Source: Myxococcales bacterium (GTDB lineage: Bacteria; Myxococcota_A; UBA9042; JABWCM01; BTVJ01). Taken from it: DNA of 64,000 nt. Positions 1 through 9,389 of the stretch are shown in pieces. The DNA is taken from assembly GCA_045863395.1 (NCBI GenBank), contig BTVJ01000034.1, positions 1 through 64,000 on the forward strand, given 5' to 3'. Position 1 is the first letter of the stretch. Each line of letters begins with the position of its first letter. A program made the translations under genes and the position numbers. The notes below the pieces were generated by a model. It searched no databases. It saw only the letters and a list, made by a program, of their open reading frames with translations, and was not told the origin of the DNA.

Positions 1-100
<100 letters not shown>

Positions 101-144
101 ACTCTTCCGGTTGCCCGGATCGTCGGGTAGGTTCGGCATTCGCC

Positions 145-172
145 TTGAGTCGCCGGCCAGCGCTGGTACTCT
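145..172 (+). promoter_or_regulatory. Putative sigma70 promoter, leaderless start of the channel gene
   Basis: TTGAGT-N16-TACTCT with extended -10 TG; ATG (180) lies 7 nt after the -10. Confidence 0.45.
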
Positions 173-179
173 CGTTGTC

Positions 180-980
180 ATGGTCGAGGGCACACAGCCG
201 AACGGACTCGGGACGCGTCTCCGCGGAGCGGTCGTCCGCAACCCGAGCGTGCCGGTGGTCACCGCAGCCGTTGCGGCCTTCCTCCTCGCTCCGACGCTGG
301 AGACCTCCCTCTGGGGCAGACGCGCCCTCGACCTGCTGCTGCTCGGCGCCGCCGCCCTCGCGGTCGTCGCCTGCCGGCCTCAGCGTCGGCTCCTCGATGT
401 CACGGCGGGGCTCGGCGCTTTCGGGCTCGTGGCCGGGGCGCTGGTCGATCTGGACCCGTCAGTACCCCTCGGGGTGGGCCGCGCGCTGCTGGGCGCCGCG
501 CTGGCCTCCCTCGGCGCAGGGATGCTCACCCGCGAGGTGCATCGGACGCGGGTCGTCACCCTCGAGACCCTGGCGTGCGCCATCGCCTCGTTCCTGCTCT
601 TCGCGGTCGCGTGGGCGGAGCTCTGGGGCCTGCTGCGCTGGCTCCAGCCTTGGAGCCTGGTGGTGATCCACCCGGCGGCCGGGATCAGCGGGTGGGAGCC
701 GTCCACGCTCCTGCAGCACAGCCTGATGGTCCTGACGACGCTCGACGACTCCGTGATCGTCGCGACCACGCCCTTGTCTCGGACGCTGACGGCCCTCCAG
801 GGCCTCATCGGCATCGTGATCCTCATCGCCCTCGTCGCGCGCATCGTGGCTGTCCACGCCCTGGCCCGCGTGCGACCCGCGCAGCAACCGGCGCGGCCGG
901 TTGGCCGGCGGCCCGTCCAGCTCACGCTCGTCCGCGGTGACCGGGACGACGGGCCCGAGAGCGGCGGAGCAGAACACTGA
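180..980 (+). CDS. Potassium-channel-like (Ion_trans_2-type) membrane protein with degenerate filter
   Basis: Several TM helices, then a pore-helix-like segment HSLMVLTTLDDSVIVATTPLSRTLTALQGLIG matching the YFSxVTLTTLGYGDIxP...R.L...E...G layout. Confidence 0.6.
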   Translation: MVEGTQPNGLGTRLRGAVVRNPSVPVVTAAVAAFLLAPTLETSLWGRRALDLLLLGAAALAVVACRPQRRLLDVTAGLGAFGLVAGALVDLDPSVPLGVGRALLGAALASLGAGMLTREVHRTRVVTLETLACAIASFLLFAVAWAELWGLLRWLQPWSLVVIHPAAGISGWEPSTLLQHSLMVLTTLDDSVIVATTPLSRTLTALQGLIGIVILIALVARIVAVHALARVRPAQQPARPVGRRPVQLTLVRGDRDDGPESGGAEH

Positions 981-998
981 GCAGATTGCGGGGGAGTC

Positions 999-2066
999 TC
1001 ACTCGTCGGCACACTCCACCCGGTGGATCCCCGTGCCCTTGCTGCGCTTTCCACGAACATCGGCCTCGACGACGCTCAGGCCGCGCACGAAGACCGGAGA
1101 CCCCACGACGGCGCTGACGGCCGCCCTGGTGAGGGCGCTCATGGGATCGGTGAGCCCGAAGACCTGGAGGCGCCGGCCCGCCTTGCCGCCGAACCGCAGC
1201 CCCTCGCCCGTCACGAGCCACTTCCCGGGCTCGGCGCACCCCCGAGTGACCCGCGGTGAGTCCCAGCGGACGTGGATGTCCGTGCTCAGGGCCCGCACGC
1301 CGCGGCGGTCGCACGCCGCGACCAGCCCCCCGAGGCCGCCGCCGCGGTCCTCGCGCGCCTGCCATGCGACCGTGACGAAGGCGACCTGGCCCAGCCACGC
1401 GATCGCCGCGTGCCGCTGCACGAACAGCTCGGACAGGAGGCGCGGATAGAAGGCGTGCTCCACGGAGGCGACGCCTCGCACCTGGGCCGCCTGTCCGCCG
1501 ATGCTCAGCGTGCCCTCCACGTCGGCGCGGGGTGTGACCACCATGGTCTGTACGTTCGCCGTGGGGTCATCCCCGACGCGGAACGTCCCGTCGCCGGCGA
1601 CGAAGCCCGGCCACGGGTCCCGGAGAGTCAGGTCGAGGACGAGGCCGCCGTGCCAGTCGCTCTCTACGTGTAGGGTCATGGGGCCGGGCGGGAGGCCGGA
1701 CATGCGGAGGGAGGGGGAGAGGTCCACGCGCGCCACCGCCCGATCGACGGTCATGCCGCCGGTGCCCTCGCGGCGCCCGTAGAGTGTAGCGGAGCCGCCC
1801 GGCGGGATGACGGACGCCTCCAGGGCGACGGTCTGGGGCAGGAACCACAGGTTGCTCAGCGCCAGCGTGACGAGCACGACGGTCTCGTCCTCGAGGCGGA
1901 CCGTGAACGTCCACTCCTCCAGCGTGAAGCGGCTGTCGTGGGGGCGGGGGACGTGGTCGTCCGCCTGGTAGGCGCGGACAGGCCCCTTGGGGGGAGCAAT
2001 CTGGGCGTGTGCGGGGAGACCGGTCAGGGTCAGGGGCAGGAGCAGGAGCAGGAGCAGGCGGCGCAT
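999..2066 (-). CDS. Secreted hypothetical protein, possibly AttH/CrtC/Svf1-like lipocalin fold
   Basis: Signal peptide MRRLLLLLLLPLTLTGLPAHA; E-W-x-F start of a beta-rich domain. Confidence 0.55.
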   Translation of the reverse strand: MRRLLLLLLLPLTLTGLPAHAQIAPPKGPVRAYQADDHVPRPHDSRFTLEEWTFTVRLEDETVVLVTLALSNLWFLPQTVALEASVIPPGGSATLYGRREGTGGMTVDRAVARVDLSPSLRMSGLPPGPMTLHVESDWHGGLVLDLTLRDPWPGFVAGDGTFRVGDDPTANVQTMVVTPRADVEGTLSIGGQAAQVRGVASVEHAFYPRLLSELFVQRHAAIAWLGQVAFVTVAWQAREDRGGGLGGLVAACDRRGVRALSTDIHVRWDSPRVTRGCAEPGKWLVTGEGLRFGGKAGRRLQVFGLTDPMSALTRAAVSAVVGSPVFVRGLSVVEADVRGKRSKGTGIHRVECADE

Positions 2067-2106
2067 CGCCTTGGAGCATAGCCCCGGGCGGCCCGCCTGG
2101 CGACCC

Positions 2107-3483
2107 CTACACCGTGCGGGAGAAGCCTGGAGTGCCGGTTCGGCGGCGCAGGAACGTGTCGAAGGTCATCGCCACGACGCGCACGAACAGGCGCCCGAGC
2201 GGCGTGACGTCCACCTGCGACCCGTCGAGCACCACGAGGCCCTCGGACTCCAGGTGACGCAGGCGCTCCATTTCGGGCTCAAAGCGCCCGACACCGCCGA
2301 AGTCCGCCAGGTCCAGCCAGAAGTTGCACATGAGCTGGGTGATCAGCGCACGGCGGACGCGGTCCTCCTCCGTGAGCAGGATGCCGCGCTCCGTCGCCGG
2401 TTGCCCGGCGGCGATGGCGTCGTAGTAGAGCTTCAGTGGGCGCACGTTCTGGGCGTAGCAGCCCTGGACGTCGCTGATGCCGGTCACCCCGAAGGCGACC
2501 ACGTCCATGGCGCTCTTGACGGTGTAGCCCTGGAAGTTCCGCCCGAGGCGGCGCTCCCGCTGGGCCCGGGACAGCTCGTCCTCCGGCACGGCGAAGTGGT
2601 CCATGCCGATGGCGCGGTAGCCGGCCTCGGTGAACGTCTTGTAGGTCTGCCGGAAGAGGTTGAGCTTGTCTGTGCCCTTCGGGACCTCGTCAGCGTCGAT
2701 CTTGCGTTGGTGGTGCCGCAGATCGGGGATGAAGGCGAAGGAGTAGACGGCCATGCGGTCCGGGTGCAGCTCCGTGACCAGCTCCAGGGTGCGCTGCCAG
2801 GACGCGGGGGTCTGGCGGGGGAGCCCGTAGATCAAGTCGAAGTTGATGCCCGTGAAGCCGAGCGACCGGGCGTGGACCAGCAGATCCCGCGTCTCCTCCA
2901 CGCTCTGGATGCGGTTGACCGCGGCCTGCACGTCCGGATCGAAGTCCTGGACGCCCATGGAGAGGCGGTTGAAGCCCAAGGATCGCAGCAGGTCGAGCTG
3001 CCCGCGGGTCGTGATGGCGGGGTCCACCTCGATGGCGACCTCCGCATCGGGCTGCGGCTCGAACAGAGAGCGGATCCTCGACCACAGATAGCCGAGCTGC
3101 CGCTCGTTGAGGAACGTCGGCGTGCCACCGCCCCAGTGGAGCTGCGACAGCCGGCGGCGCGGGCCGAGGTGGGCGGCGACCAGCTCCATCTCCTTCGCGA
3201 CGGCCTCGATGTAGGGGTCGGCGCGGGAGTCGTCCTTGGAGATCACCACGTTGCAGCCGCAGTAGGTGCACAGCTCGCGGCAGAACGGGATGTGGATGTA
3301 GAGGGACAGGGGCTCGTCCGGGGCCACCCTGCCCGCCTCGCCGATCTTCGCGAGGTACTGCTCGCCGGTCAGGTCGGGCGACCACTCGGGGGCGGTCGGG
3401 TAGCTCGTATAGCGCGGTCCCGGCACGTCGAGGCGCCGGATCAGGTCGTCGGTCAGCTCAGGCAGCTCGGTCAAGCTCGTCAT
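2107..3483 (-). CDS. hemN: Oxygen-independent coproporphyrinogen III oxidase (radical SAM)
   Basis: GPRYTSYPT, YIHIPFCRELCTYCGC, HWGGGTP, IGMDHF, RNFQGY motifs; GGAG SD before ATG 3483. Confidence 0.95.
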   Translation of the reverse strand: MTSLTELPELTDDLIRRLDVPGPRYTSYPTAPEWSPDLTGEQYLAKIGEAGRVAPDEPLSLYIHIPFCRELCTYCGCNVVISKDDSRADPYIEAVAKEMELVAAHLGPRRRLSQLHWGGGTPTFLNERQLGYLWSRIRSLFEPQPDAEVAIEVDPAITTRGQLDLLRSLGFNRLSMGVQDFDPDVQAAVNRIQSVEETRDLLVHARSLGFTGINFDLIYGLPRQTPASWQRTLELVTELHPDRMAVYSFAFIPDLRHHQRKIDADEVPKGTDKLNLFRQTYKTFTEAGYRAIGMDHFAVPEDELSRAQRERRLGRNFQGYTVKSAMDVVAFGVTGISDVQGCYAQNVRPLKLYYDAIAAGQPATERGILLTEEDRVRRALITQLMCNFWLDLADFGGVGRFEPEMERLRHLESEGLVVLDGSQVDVTPLGRLFVRVVAMTFDTFLRRRTGTPGFSRTV

Positions 3484-3511
3484 CGCGGGGCTCCAGGTCA
3501 TGCTGTCAGCG

Positions 3512-3922
3512 TCACACCAGCTCCCGGACCACGCGCAGCACATCGAGGTACGACACGATGCCCAGGAGCTCCGACTCGGAGCCTACCACAGGTACGCCGC
3601 TGAACTTCTGATCGAGGAGCAGATCGATGAGCTCGAAGAGCTCCGTCTCGGGCCCCACCGTGACGGGATCGGCGGTCATCACCGACTCCACCGGATCGTC
3701 GAGGGCGTCGGCCCGCTCCTCGGGGTCCATGTCGCCGCTGAGCCAGGCGCCCATGTGCTCCTTGAGGTCGCGGTCGGTCAGGATCCCGACGAGGGCGCCG
3801 CCGTCGCTCACCACCGGAATGTGCCGAATCTCGTTGTTGTACATGGCCGTGAAGGCGTCTCGCACCCTCCCGGTGACCGGGACGGTGATCACGTTCCTGC
3901 TCATGATGTCCGACACGCGCAT
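3512..3922 (-). CDS. CBS-pair domain protein
   Basis: MRVSDIMSRNVITV, IRHIPVV, LVGILTDRDL, LLGIVSYLD; GGAGG SD. Confidence 0.9.
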   Translation of the reverse strand: MRVSDIMSRNVITVPVTGRVRDAFTAMYNNEIRHIPVVSDGGALVGILTDRDLKEHMGAWLSGDMDPEERADALDDPVESVMTADPVTVGPETELFELIDLLLDQKFSGVPVVGSESELLGIVSYLDVLRVVRELV

Positions 3923-4033
3923 GGTGCCTCCAGGCAGCTCCCCCACGTCGCCGCCAGGGTACGCCCCGGCTCGCGGGGCCGGCAAGGTCGATCACCGCTT
4001 CTCGGCGCGGGGGTGACAGGAGACGAAACCGTG

Positions 4034-5263
4034 TCACCGGAGGCGGTACAGGAAGACGGCCAGAGGGTTCGACAGGGAGACCAGGTCGCGGCCCACGGTC
4101 TCGAGTCGGGGCGCGCCCCCGAGAGGGGAGCGGGCCCGGCCGCGCTCGGTGCCCGATTGGGCGTCGAGGCGGAGCAGGAACGGGACCTCCTCCTCGTCCA
4201 AGGCGAGCGCGAGGACGTCGCGGCCGACGACGCACAGCGGACCGGGGAGGAGGTCCTCCGCGTGAAACCGCCACCGCAGGCGCCCGGCCGCGTCGACCCG
4301 CACGACGCCCTGCTCCGTGGAGGCGACCAGGTCCTCCCCGGCGTGGGCGACGTGGAGGACGGTCTCCAGGGCCTCGTTCTCGATGGGCGCGCCGGTCGCG
4401 GCGCGATGGACCCGGGTGACGCCGGCGGTCGGGTCATGGACGGCCACGAGGGGGCCGTGGCCGCTGACGACCAGCTCGTGACCGCGGATGCCGTCTGCCC
4501 GCCACACCGTGACCCCGTCGGCCAGCGCGACGCGCTTCAGCGCGCCCGGCTCGGCCACGAAGCACGCGTCGCCATGGACCAGCACCCGCGCCGCGCCCAT
4601 GGCGGCCTCGGCGCCGACCATGTCCAGGGTCCAGGTGGGGCGGCCATCCCGATCGAAGCCCCGGATGGTCCCCTCGTCGAGCAGGACCCCACCGGCGTCG
4701 CCCAGCGCCGCCTCGGGCGACTCCGACGCGCCGCGACCCAGCTCGGCCACCTGGGCGCCCGACGCATCCAGGAGGCGGACGGGCCCCTCCGGGGAGGCGA
4801 CGAGGGAGCGCGTGGCGTCGGGGCTGACGTGGGTGGTGCTCGCCTCGAAGGCCGGGGCCGTCCAGCGGACGCGGTGGGCCGCCCGGTCGATGCACACGAG
4901 CTGCCCCGCGTGGCGACCCGCAGAGACCCACGCGAACAGCACGTCGGGCGCCAGCCGCAAGGGGGTGACGCGCAGCGCCAGGTGAGCCTCGTCGCCGCGG
5001 ACGGCGGACAGGTCCTGAGAGGCGCCCAGCTCGACGCTCCACAGGTCCCGGTTGCCCTCGAAGGCCGCGACCTCGCAGGTCGCAGGCGCCTCCACCTTGT
5101 TCTTCTGCCACGCCAGGAAGCCCGAGCGGACCACCTTGCCAGGGTAGAACAGGGCAGCCTGGCCGGCCTCCGGATCGAGGAGCGCCCCTCCGAACTCCTC
5201 CGGCGTGGCGTGGATTGCCTCCCACACCAGCTCCAACGCTGCGGGCTTCGTCGTGTCGCTCAT
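4034..5263 (-). CDS. PQQ-like beta-propeller repeat protein
   Basis: Repeated D..G...W motifs (DRDGRPTW, LADGVTVW, DAAGRLRW); start MSDTTK with GGAGG SD. Confidence 0.65.
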   Translation of the reverse strand: MSDTTKPAALELVWEAIHATPEEFGGALLDPEAGQAALFYPGKVVRSGFLAWQKNKVEAPATCEVAAFEGNRDLWSVELGASQDLSAVRGDEAHLALRVTPLRLAPDVLFAWVSAGRHAGQLVCIDRAAHRVRWTAPAFEASTTHVSPDATRSLVASPEGPVRLLDASGAQVAELGRGASESPEAALGDAGGVLLDEGTIRGFDRDGRPTWTLDMVGAEAAMGAARVLVHGDACFVAEPGALKRVALADGVTVWRADGIRGHELVVSGHGPLVAVHDPTAGVTRVHRAATGAPIENEALETVLHVAHAGEDLVASTEQGVVRVDAAGRLRWRFHAEDLLPGPLCVVGRDVLALALDEEEVPFLLRLDAQSGTERGRARSPLGGAPRLETVGRDLVSLSNPLAVFLYRLR

Positions 5264-5307
5264 GGTCCCTCCGTTGCCGGGTCCGTCATGCCACACGCCC
5301 GGAAGGG

Positions 5308-5335
5308 TTGCAAGCTCCCCGCCGTGGTCTACGAT
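5308..5335 (+). promoter_or_regulatory. Putative sigma70 promoter
   Basis: TTGCAA-N16-TACGAT upstream of GGAGG SD and ATG 5360. Confidence 0.45.
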
Positions 5336-5359
5336 GGACGCACCCACGGAGGTCGGACC

Positions 5360-5845
5360 ATGGAGATGGATGACCTGGCGAAGAAGGAGCTCACGGAGCT
5401 GCACGCGCTCTACGAGGAGGGGGAGGTTCCCCCCATGGAGGCGCTGGACGGGCGCCTGCGGGGGATGCTCCTCGCGCCGGCAGTCCCCGGTCCCGGCGCC
5501 GGCGTGGCGGTGGCCCTTGCGCGGGCGCTGGCGCAGAGCCGTGCCATGCTGTGGAAGGGCAAGTCCTTCCGGCCGACCTCGCCAACCACGGCCGAGGGGT
5601 TCAACCTGCTCATCGCGCTGGAGAGCGACCACAAGGTCGCGCCCTTTCACGCGCGGGTGGCCACATCGCGGCACGACGGGCAGCCGGCGGTCGAGCTCGA
5701 CTACGACCGGCCGGAGAACCCGCTGCCCCTGCGAGCCGTGGTCGACGAGCTCCGCCGGGTGGGCCCGTCACTGTACCTCGGACAGGCGTGGGTGCGCCTC
5801 GGATCGAGCGGGCACCTGCTGTTCTACTTCGCCTTGGGGAGGTAG
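5360..5845 (+). CDS. Conserved hypothetical protein
   Basis: GGAGG SD; globular C-terminal part of ORF 3500..5845 (WKGKSF, LDYDRPENP, VVDELRRVGPSLYLG). Confidence 0.7.
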   Translation: MEMDDLAKKELTELHALYEEGEVPPMEALDGRLRGMLLAPAVPGPGAGVAVALARALAQSRAMLWKGKSFRPTSPTTAEGFNLLIALESDHKVAPFHARVATSRHDGQPAVELDYDRPENPLPLRAVVDELRRVGPSLYLGQAWVRLGSSGHLLFYFALGR

Positions 5846-7072
5846 CTCGAGGACGGCGAGCGTCTCGACGTGGGCCGTGTGGGGGAAGGCGTCATAGGCC
5901 CGCATTGAGACCAGGCGGTAGCCGGCGGCGCACAGGACGGCGAGGTCGCGGGCCTGGGTCTGCGGGTCGCAAGCCACGCTGAGGACCGCAGGAGGGCGGA
6001 GGACGGCCAGGGCCCGGGCGACCGCCAGGGCGCCTTCGCGGGGTGGGTCGAGCACGACGAGATCCGGCGCCACGTCGAGGTGACCCGCGAGCGGGTCGTC
6101 GCGGAACAGATCGGCGAGCGCGACGCGCACCGGGAGGCCAGCGACGTTGCGCCGCAGGTCCTCCACCGCGGCCGCGTCGCCCTCCAGGGCAAGCAGGTCG
6201 GGGATGCGCCGGGCCAGCGGCAGGGTCAGGGTCCCCGCGCCCGCGAAGAGGTCGGCGGCGCTCCTTGGGGCCAGGCGCTCCACCTCGGCGAGCACGTCCC
6301 TCACGAGAAGGGAGAACACCTCCGGGTTCGCCTGGGTGAACCCACCGGGGCGGACCATGAGGCCGGGCGACCCGGGGACCTCCAGCGTCGTGGCACCGAA
6401 CGCGGTGGTGCCATCGAGGCCGCTGACCACGCCCCCCGCCAGCAGGGCGTCGAGATGCGAGAGGCGAGCGGCCGGGGCTCCGTCGAGGCGCGCGCTGACG
6501 TAGGCGGAGGTCCCCGACGCGGAGACGACGGCCGTGCCGCGCGCCTCCACGCCCGCCAGCGCGCGCCTGAGCGCGTCCATGCCCGCCTGTACTCCGGGCC
6601 GCACCACCGGGCACTCCGGGACGTCGACGAGCCGGCGCGAGCGGGCGCCGAGGAAGCCGAGCCGGACCGTGCGGCCCGCCTCGAAGCGCAGGCGCGCGCG
6701 CTGCCTCCAGGCGCGGTCGGCGCCGATCATGAGCGGGGGCACCACCACGCCCTGGGTGAGCTTGTCGGCGATCCGCTGCACGATGGCGCGCTTCTGGGCG
6801 CGCTGGACATCCAGAGAGACGTGCTGCCACTCACACCCTCCGCAGTCTCCCCAGAGCGGGCAGAACGGGGCGACGCGAGACGCGCCCGGCTCCAGCACCT
6901 CGACGAGCTCGGCGCGGGCCCAGCGGCCCTTGGCCTGCGTGAGCCGCGCGCGCACCACGTCACCGGGGGCCACGCCCGCCACGAAGACGACCCGGCCAGC
7001 GTAGGGGCCATCCGACTGCCGGCAGACCCCCTCACCGCCGGGCGCCAGCGCCTCGACGCGCAGCGTCAGCAC
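5768..7072 (-). CDS. rlmD: TRAM-domain RNA m5U methyltransferase, RlmD/TrmA family
   Basis: TRAM N-terminus, CPLWGDCGGC Fe-S motif, FTQAN, DLFAGAG, LDPPREG, VACDPQT, FPHTAHVE; start uncertain. Confidence 0.85.
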   Translation of the reverse strand: MLTLRVEALAPGGEGVCRQSDGPYAGRVVFVAGVAPGDVVRARLTQAKGRWARAELVEVLEPGASRVAPFCPLWGDCGGCEWQHVSLDVQRAQKRAIVQRIADKLTQGVVVPPLMIGADRAWRQRARLRFEAGRTVRLGFLGARSRRLVDVPECPVVRPGVQAGMDALRRALAGVEARGTAVVSASGTSAYVSARLDGAPAARLSHLDALLAGGVVSGLDGTTAFGATTLEVPGSPGLMVRPGGFTQANPEVFSLLVRDVLAEVERLAPRSAADLFAGAGTLTLPLARRIPDLLALEGDAAAVEDLRRNVAGLPVRVALADLFRDDPLAGHLDVAPDLVVLDPPREGALAVARALAVLRPPAVLSVACDPQTQARDLAVLCAAGYRLVSMRAYDAFPHTAHVETLAVLELPPQGEVEQQVPARSEAHPRLSEVQ

Positions 7073-7125
7073 GGGCGCGTCCTGCCCTTGTCCGGGCGAG
7101 CCGAGGCGGGGTAAGGTAGCCTGCT

Positions 7126-8085
7126 GTGTCCCGGACCGGTCCCGTGCGAGCCTCCACATCGACAGCACCCTTGGGCAAACGCTTGAACGTGAAGCGCGTA
7201 CTCGTCATCTACAAGAAGAGCACGCTCGAGCTGTACTCGGAAGACTACCGCGATCCGGCCTTCCTGGCACACGTCCAGACCGACAGCGACCTGATCGCCC
7301 CCTACGTGGCGGCCCACGAGGACAACCAGCGGACCATGGCCGCCGTCCGCAGCGCACTCGACCAGCGCAAGGTGCACCAGGACTGGGTCTACCGGGCCCG
7401 TAAGCGCTCCACCGAGGGCTACGACCTGGTGATCACCATCGGCGGCGACGGGACGCTGCTCGACGCGTCCCACGCCGTGGTCAACGTGCCGGTGCTCGGC
7501 ATCAACAGCTCGCCGCGCTTCAGCGTCGGCCACTTCTGCGGGTGCAACGCGGAGTCCTTCTCGGACGCCATCGACCGCATCCTGGCGCGGACCATGCCGC
7601 AGATCGCGCTGCGCCGCCTGGAGGCCCGCATCGAGGGGCGCACCCTGCCCTACCCGATCCTCAACGACGTGCTGTTCTCGCACCACATCCCGGCGGCCAT
7701 GTCCCGCTACATCGTGCGGGCCAACGGCACGAGCGACGAGCACAAGTCGTCGGGGCTGTGGATCGCGACGGCGGCCGGATCCACAGCCGCCATCCACTCG
7801 GCGGGCGGGCAGGTCATGCCCCTGGAGTCGACGGCGGTGCAGCTCCTCGCCCGGGAGCTGTACGTCCACAACCACGACGAGCACCCGCTGGCCCACGCGT
7901 TCACGGACGGCCCCATCGAGCTCGTGTCGAAGATGCGGGTCGGGGCCCTCTACATGGACGGGCACCGCATCAAGTTCAACGTCGCCTACGGCGAGCGCGT
8001 CGTCCTGAGCCCGTCACCGAACCCGCTGCGGCTCTTCTGGGACCCGGTCGCCGCCCGCGACCGCCTCCCGTCCCTGCGCAGGTGA
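7126..8085 (+). CDS. NAD(+)/NADH kinase
   Basis: GGDGTLL, ILND, ATAAGSTA motifs; start 7126 or 7189. Confidence 0.9.
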   Translation: MSRTGPVRASTSTAPLGKRLNVKRVLVIYKKSTLELYSEDYRDPAFLAHVQTDSDLIAPYVAAHEDNQRTMAAVRSALDQRKVHQDWVYRARKRSTEGYDLVITIGGDGTLLDASHAVVNVPVLGINSSPRFSVGHFCGCNAESFSDAIDRILARTMPQIALRRLEARIEGRTLPYPILNDVLFSHHIPAAMSRYIVRANGTSDEHKSSGLWIATAAGSTAAIHSAGGQVMPLESTAVQLLARELYVHNHDEHPLAHAFTDGPIELVSKMRVGALYMDGHRIKFNVAYGERVVLSPSPNPLRLFWDPVAARDRLPSLRR

Positions 8086-9389
8086 GCCCGGTGCGTTCAG
8101 CGAAGCGCCTGGTCGCGCCGCTGCTCGTCGCCCTCGCTCCGGCGGCGCACGCGTCGTCCCAGGACCTCTACGGCTACGGCGTCCGCGGGCCCGCCATGGC
8201 GGGGGCCAACACCGCGCTGTCCCGCGGCTGGGAGTCCATCTGGTACAACCCGGCCGGCCTCGCCGCGGAGCCGCTCAAGACCTTCGCGTTCGGCTATCAG
8301 GCGGGCATCCCGTCCCTCCACGCGGATCGATCCGGGGCTGGCGACCTGGACACGGCGAGCGGCCTGCTCATCGGAGCATCGCTCCCGCTGCCCCTGCCCG
8401 CCCCCGTCGACGACCGGATCTTCCTCGGCATGGGCCTCTACGTGCCAGACCGCGTGCTGCTCGCCGCGGACGTGCCGGCCCCCTATGTTCCCCGCTTCGC
8501 CGTGCTCGGGAGCCGCGCGAACACCATGGCCGTCCAGCTCGGCGGGGCCGTGCGCATCACGGACTGGCTCGCGGTGGGGGCCGCGGTCCGGGTGCTGGCG
8601 AGCCTCTACGGCAGCATCGACGTGGCGCCCAACGTGTTCGGGCGGCTCGGCAGCAAGGTCTCCGACGAGCTGCTGGCCGACTACACGCTGCACGCGGGGG
8701 TGCTCTTCGGCCCCCTGGAGGGGGTGCGCGTCGGCGTGACCTACCGGGGCGAGCAGCGGGCGGACTTCTCGCTGCCCCTCAGCGCCGACCTGGGCAAGAC
8801 CTTCCCCATCGCCGTCCCCGACATGGCCATCGAGGGCACCGCCCAGTTCGACCCGCAGCAGGTGGCGCTCGGAGTCTCGTGGGACCCGGCGACCTGGCTG
8901 TCGGCCGAGGTCGACGTGGTGTGGCGCCAGTGGTCGGCCTACCCGACCCCGGTCGCCAACACGACGCCGGCGGTGCCGGAGCAGCCTCCGCCGGGCTTCG
9001 TGGACACCTGGTCGCCGCGCCTCGGGATCGAGGGCCGGCTCGCCTTGGACAGCGCCTGGGAGCTCGCCCTGCGCGGGGGCTACGCCTTCGAGCCGACGGC
9101 GGTCCCGGAGCAGCGCGGGGCCAACAACTTCCTCGACAACGACCGGCACGCCTGGTCGCTGGGCCTCGGGGGGCGCTTCTCCTTGCTGGACGAGTCCGGC
9201 GGTGAGGACCTGGTGGTCCGGGCAGACCTGTACGTGCAGCACCACGTCCTGGTGGAGCGCACCAACCACAAGAAGACACCCGCGAACGCGGCGGAGAAGG
9301 CCGAGCTGGAGGCGAACCAGGGCTGGCCGGACATCACGACGTCCGGATCGCTGCTGTCCGTCGGCGGCGCCGTGTCGGTGGGGTTCTGA
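8082..9389 (+). CDS. FadL/OmpP1/TodX-family outer-membrane transporter (copy 1)
   Basis: Signal peptide, AMAGANTA, WYNPAGL, LRGGYAFEP, C-terminal Phe; GTGA overlap with NAD kinase. Confidence 0.8.
   Translation: MSPVRSAKRLVAPLLVALAPAAHASSQDLYGYGVRGPAMAGANTALSRGWESIWYNPAGLAAEPLKTFAFGYQAGIPSLHADRSGAGDLDTASGLLIGASLPLPLPAPVDDRIFLGMGLYVPDRVLLAADVPAPYVPRFAVLGSRANTMAVQLGGAVRITDWLAVGAAVRVLASLYGSIDVAPNVFGRLGSKVSDELLADYTLHAGVLFGPLEGVRVGVTYRGEQRADFSLPLSADLGKTFPIAVPDMAIEGTAQFDPQQVALGVSWDPATWLSAEVDVVWRQWSAYPTPVANTTPAVPEQPPPGFVDTWSPRLGIEGRLALDSAWELALRGGYAFEPTAVPEQRGANNFLDNDRHAWSLGLGGRFSLLDESGGEDLVVRADLYVQHHVLVERTNHKKTPANAAEKAELEANQGWPDITTSGSLLSVGGAVSVGF

Noticed and set aside
5768..5845. Convergent 3' overlaps (5768-5845; also 11666-11724) as functional antisense design
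   Set aside because: Readily explained by stop-codon scarcity at high GC; the extensions look unconserved
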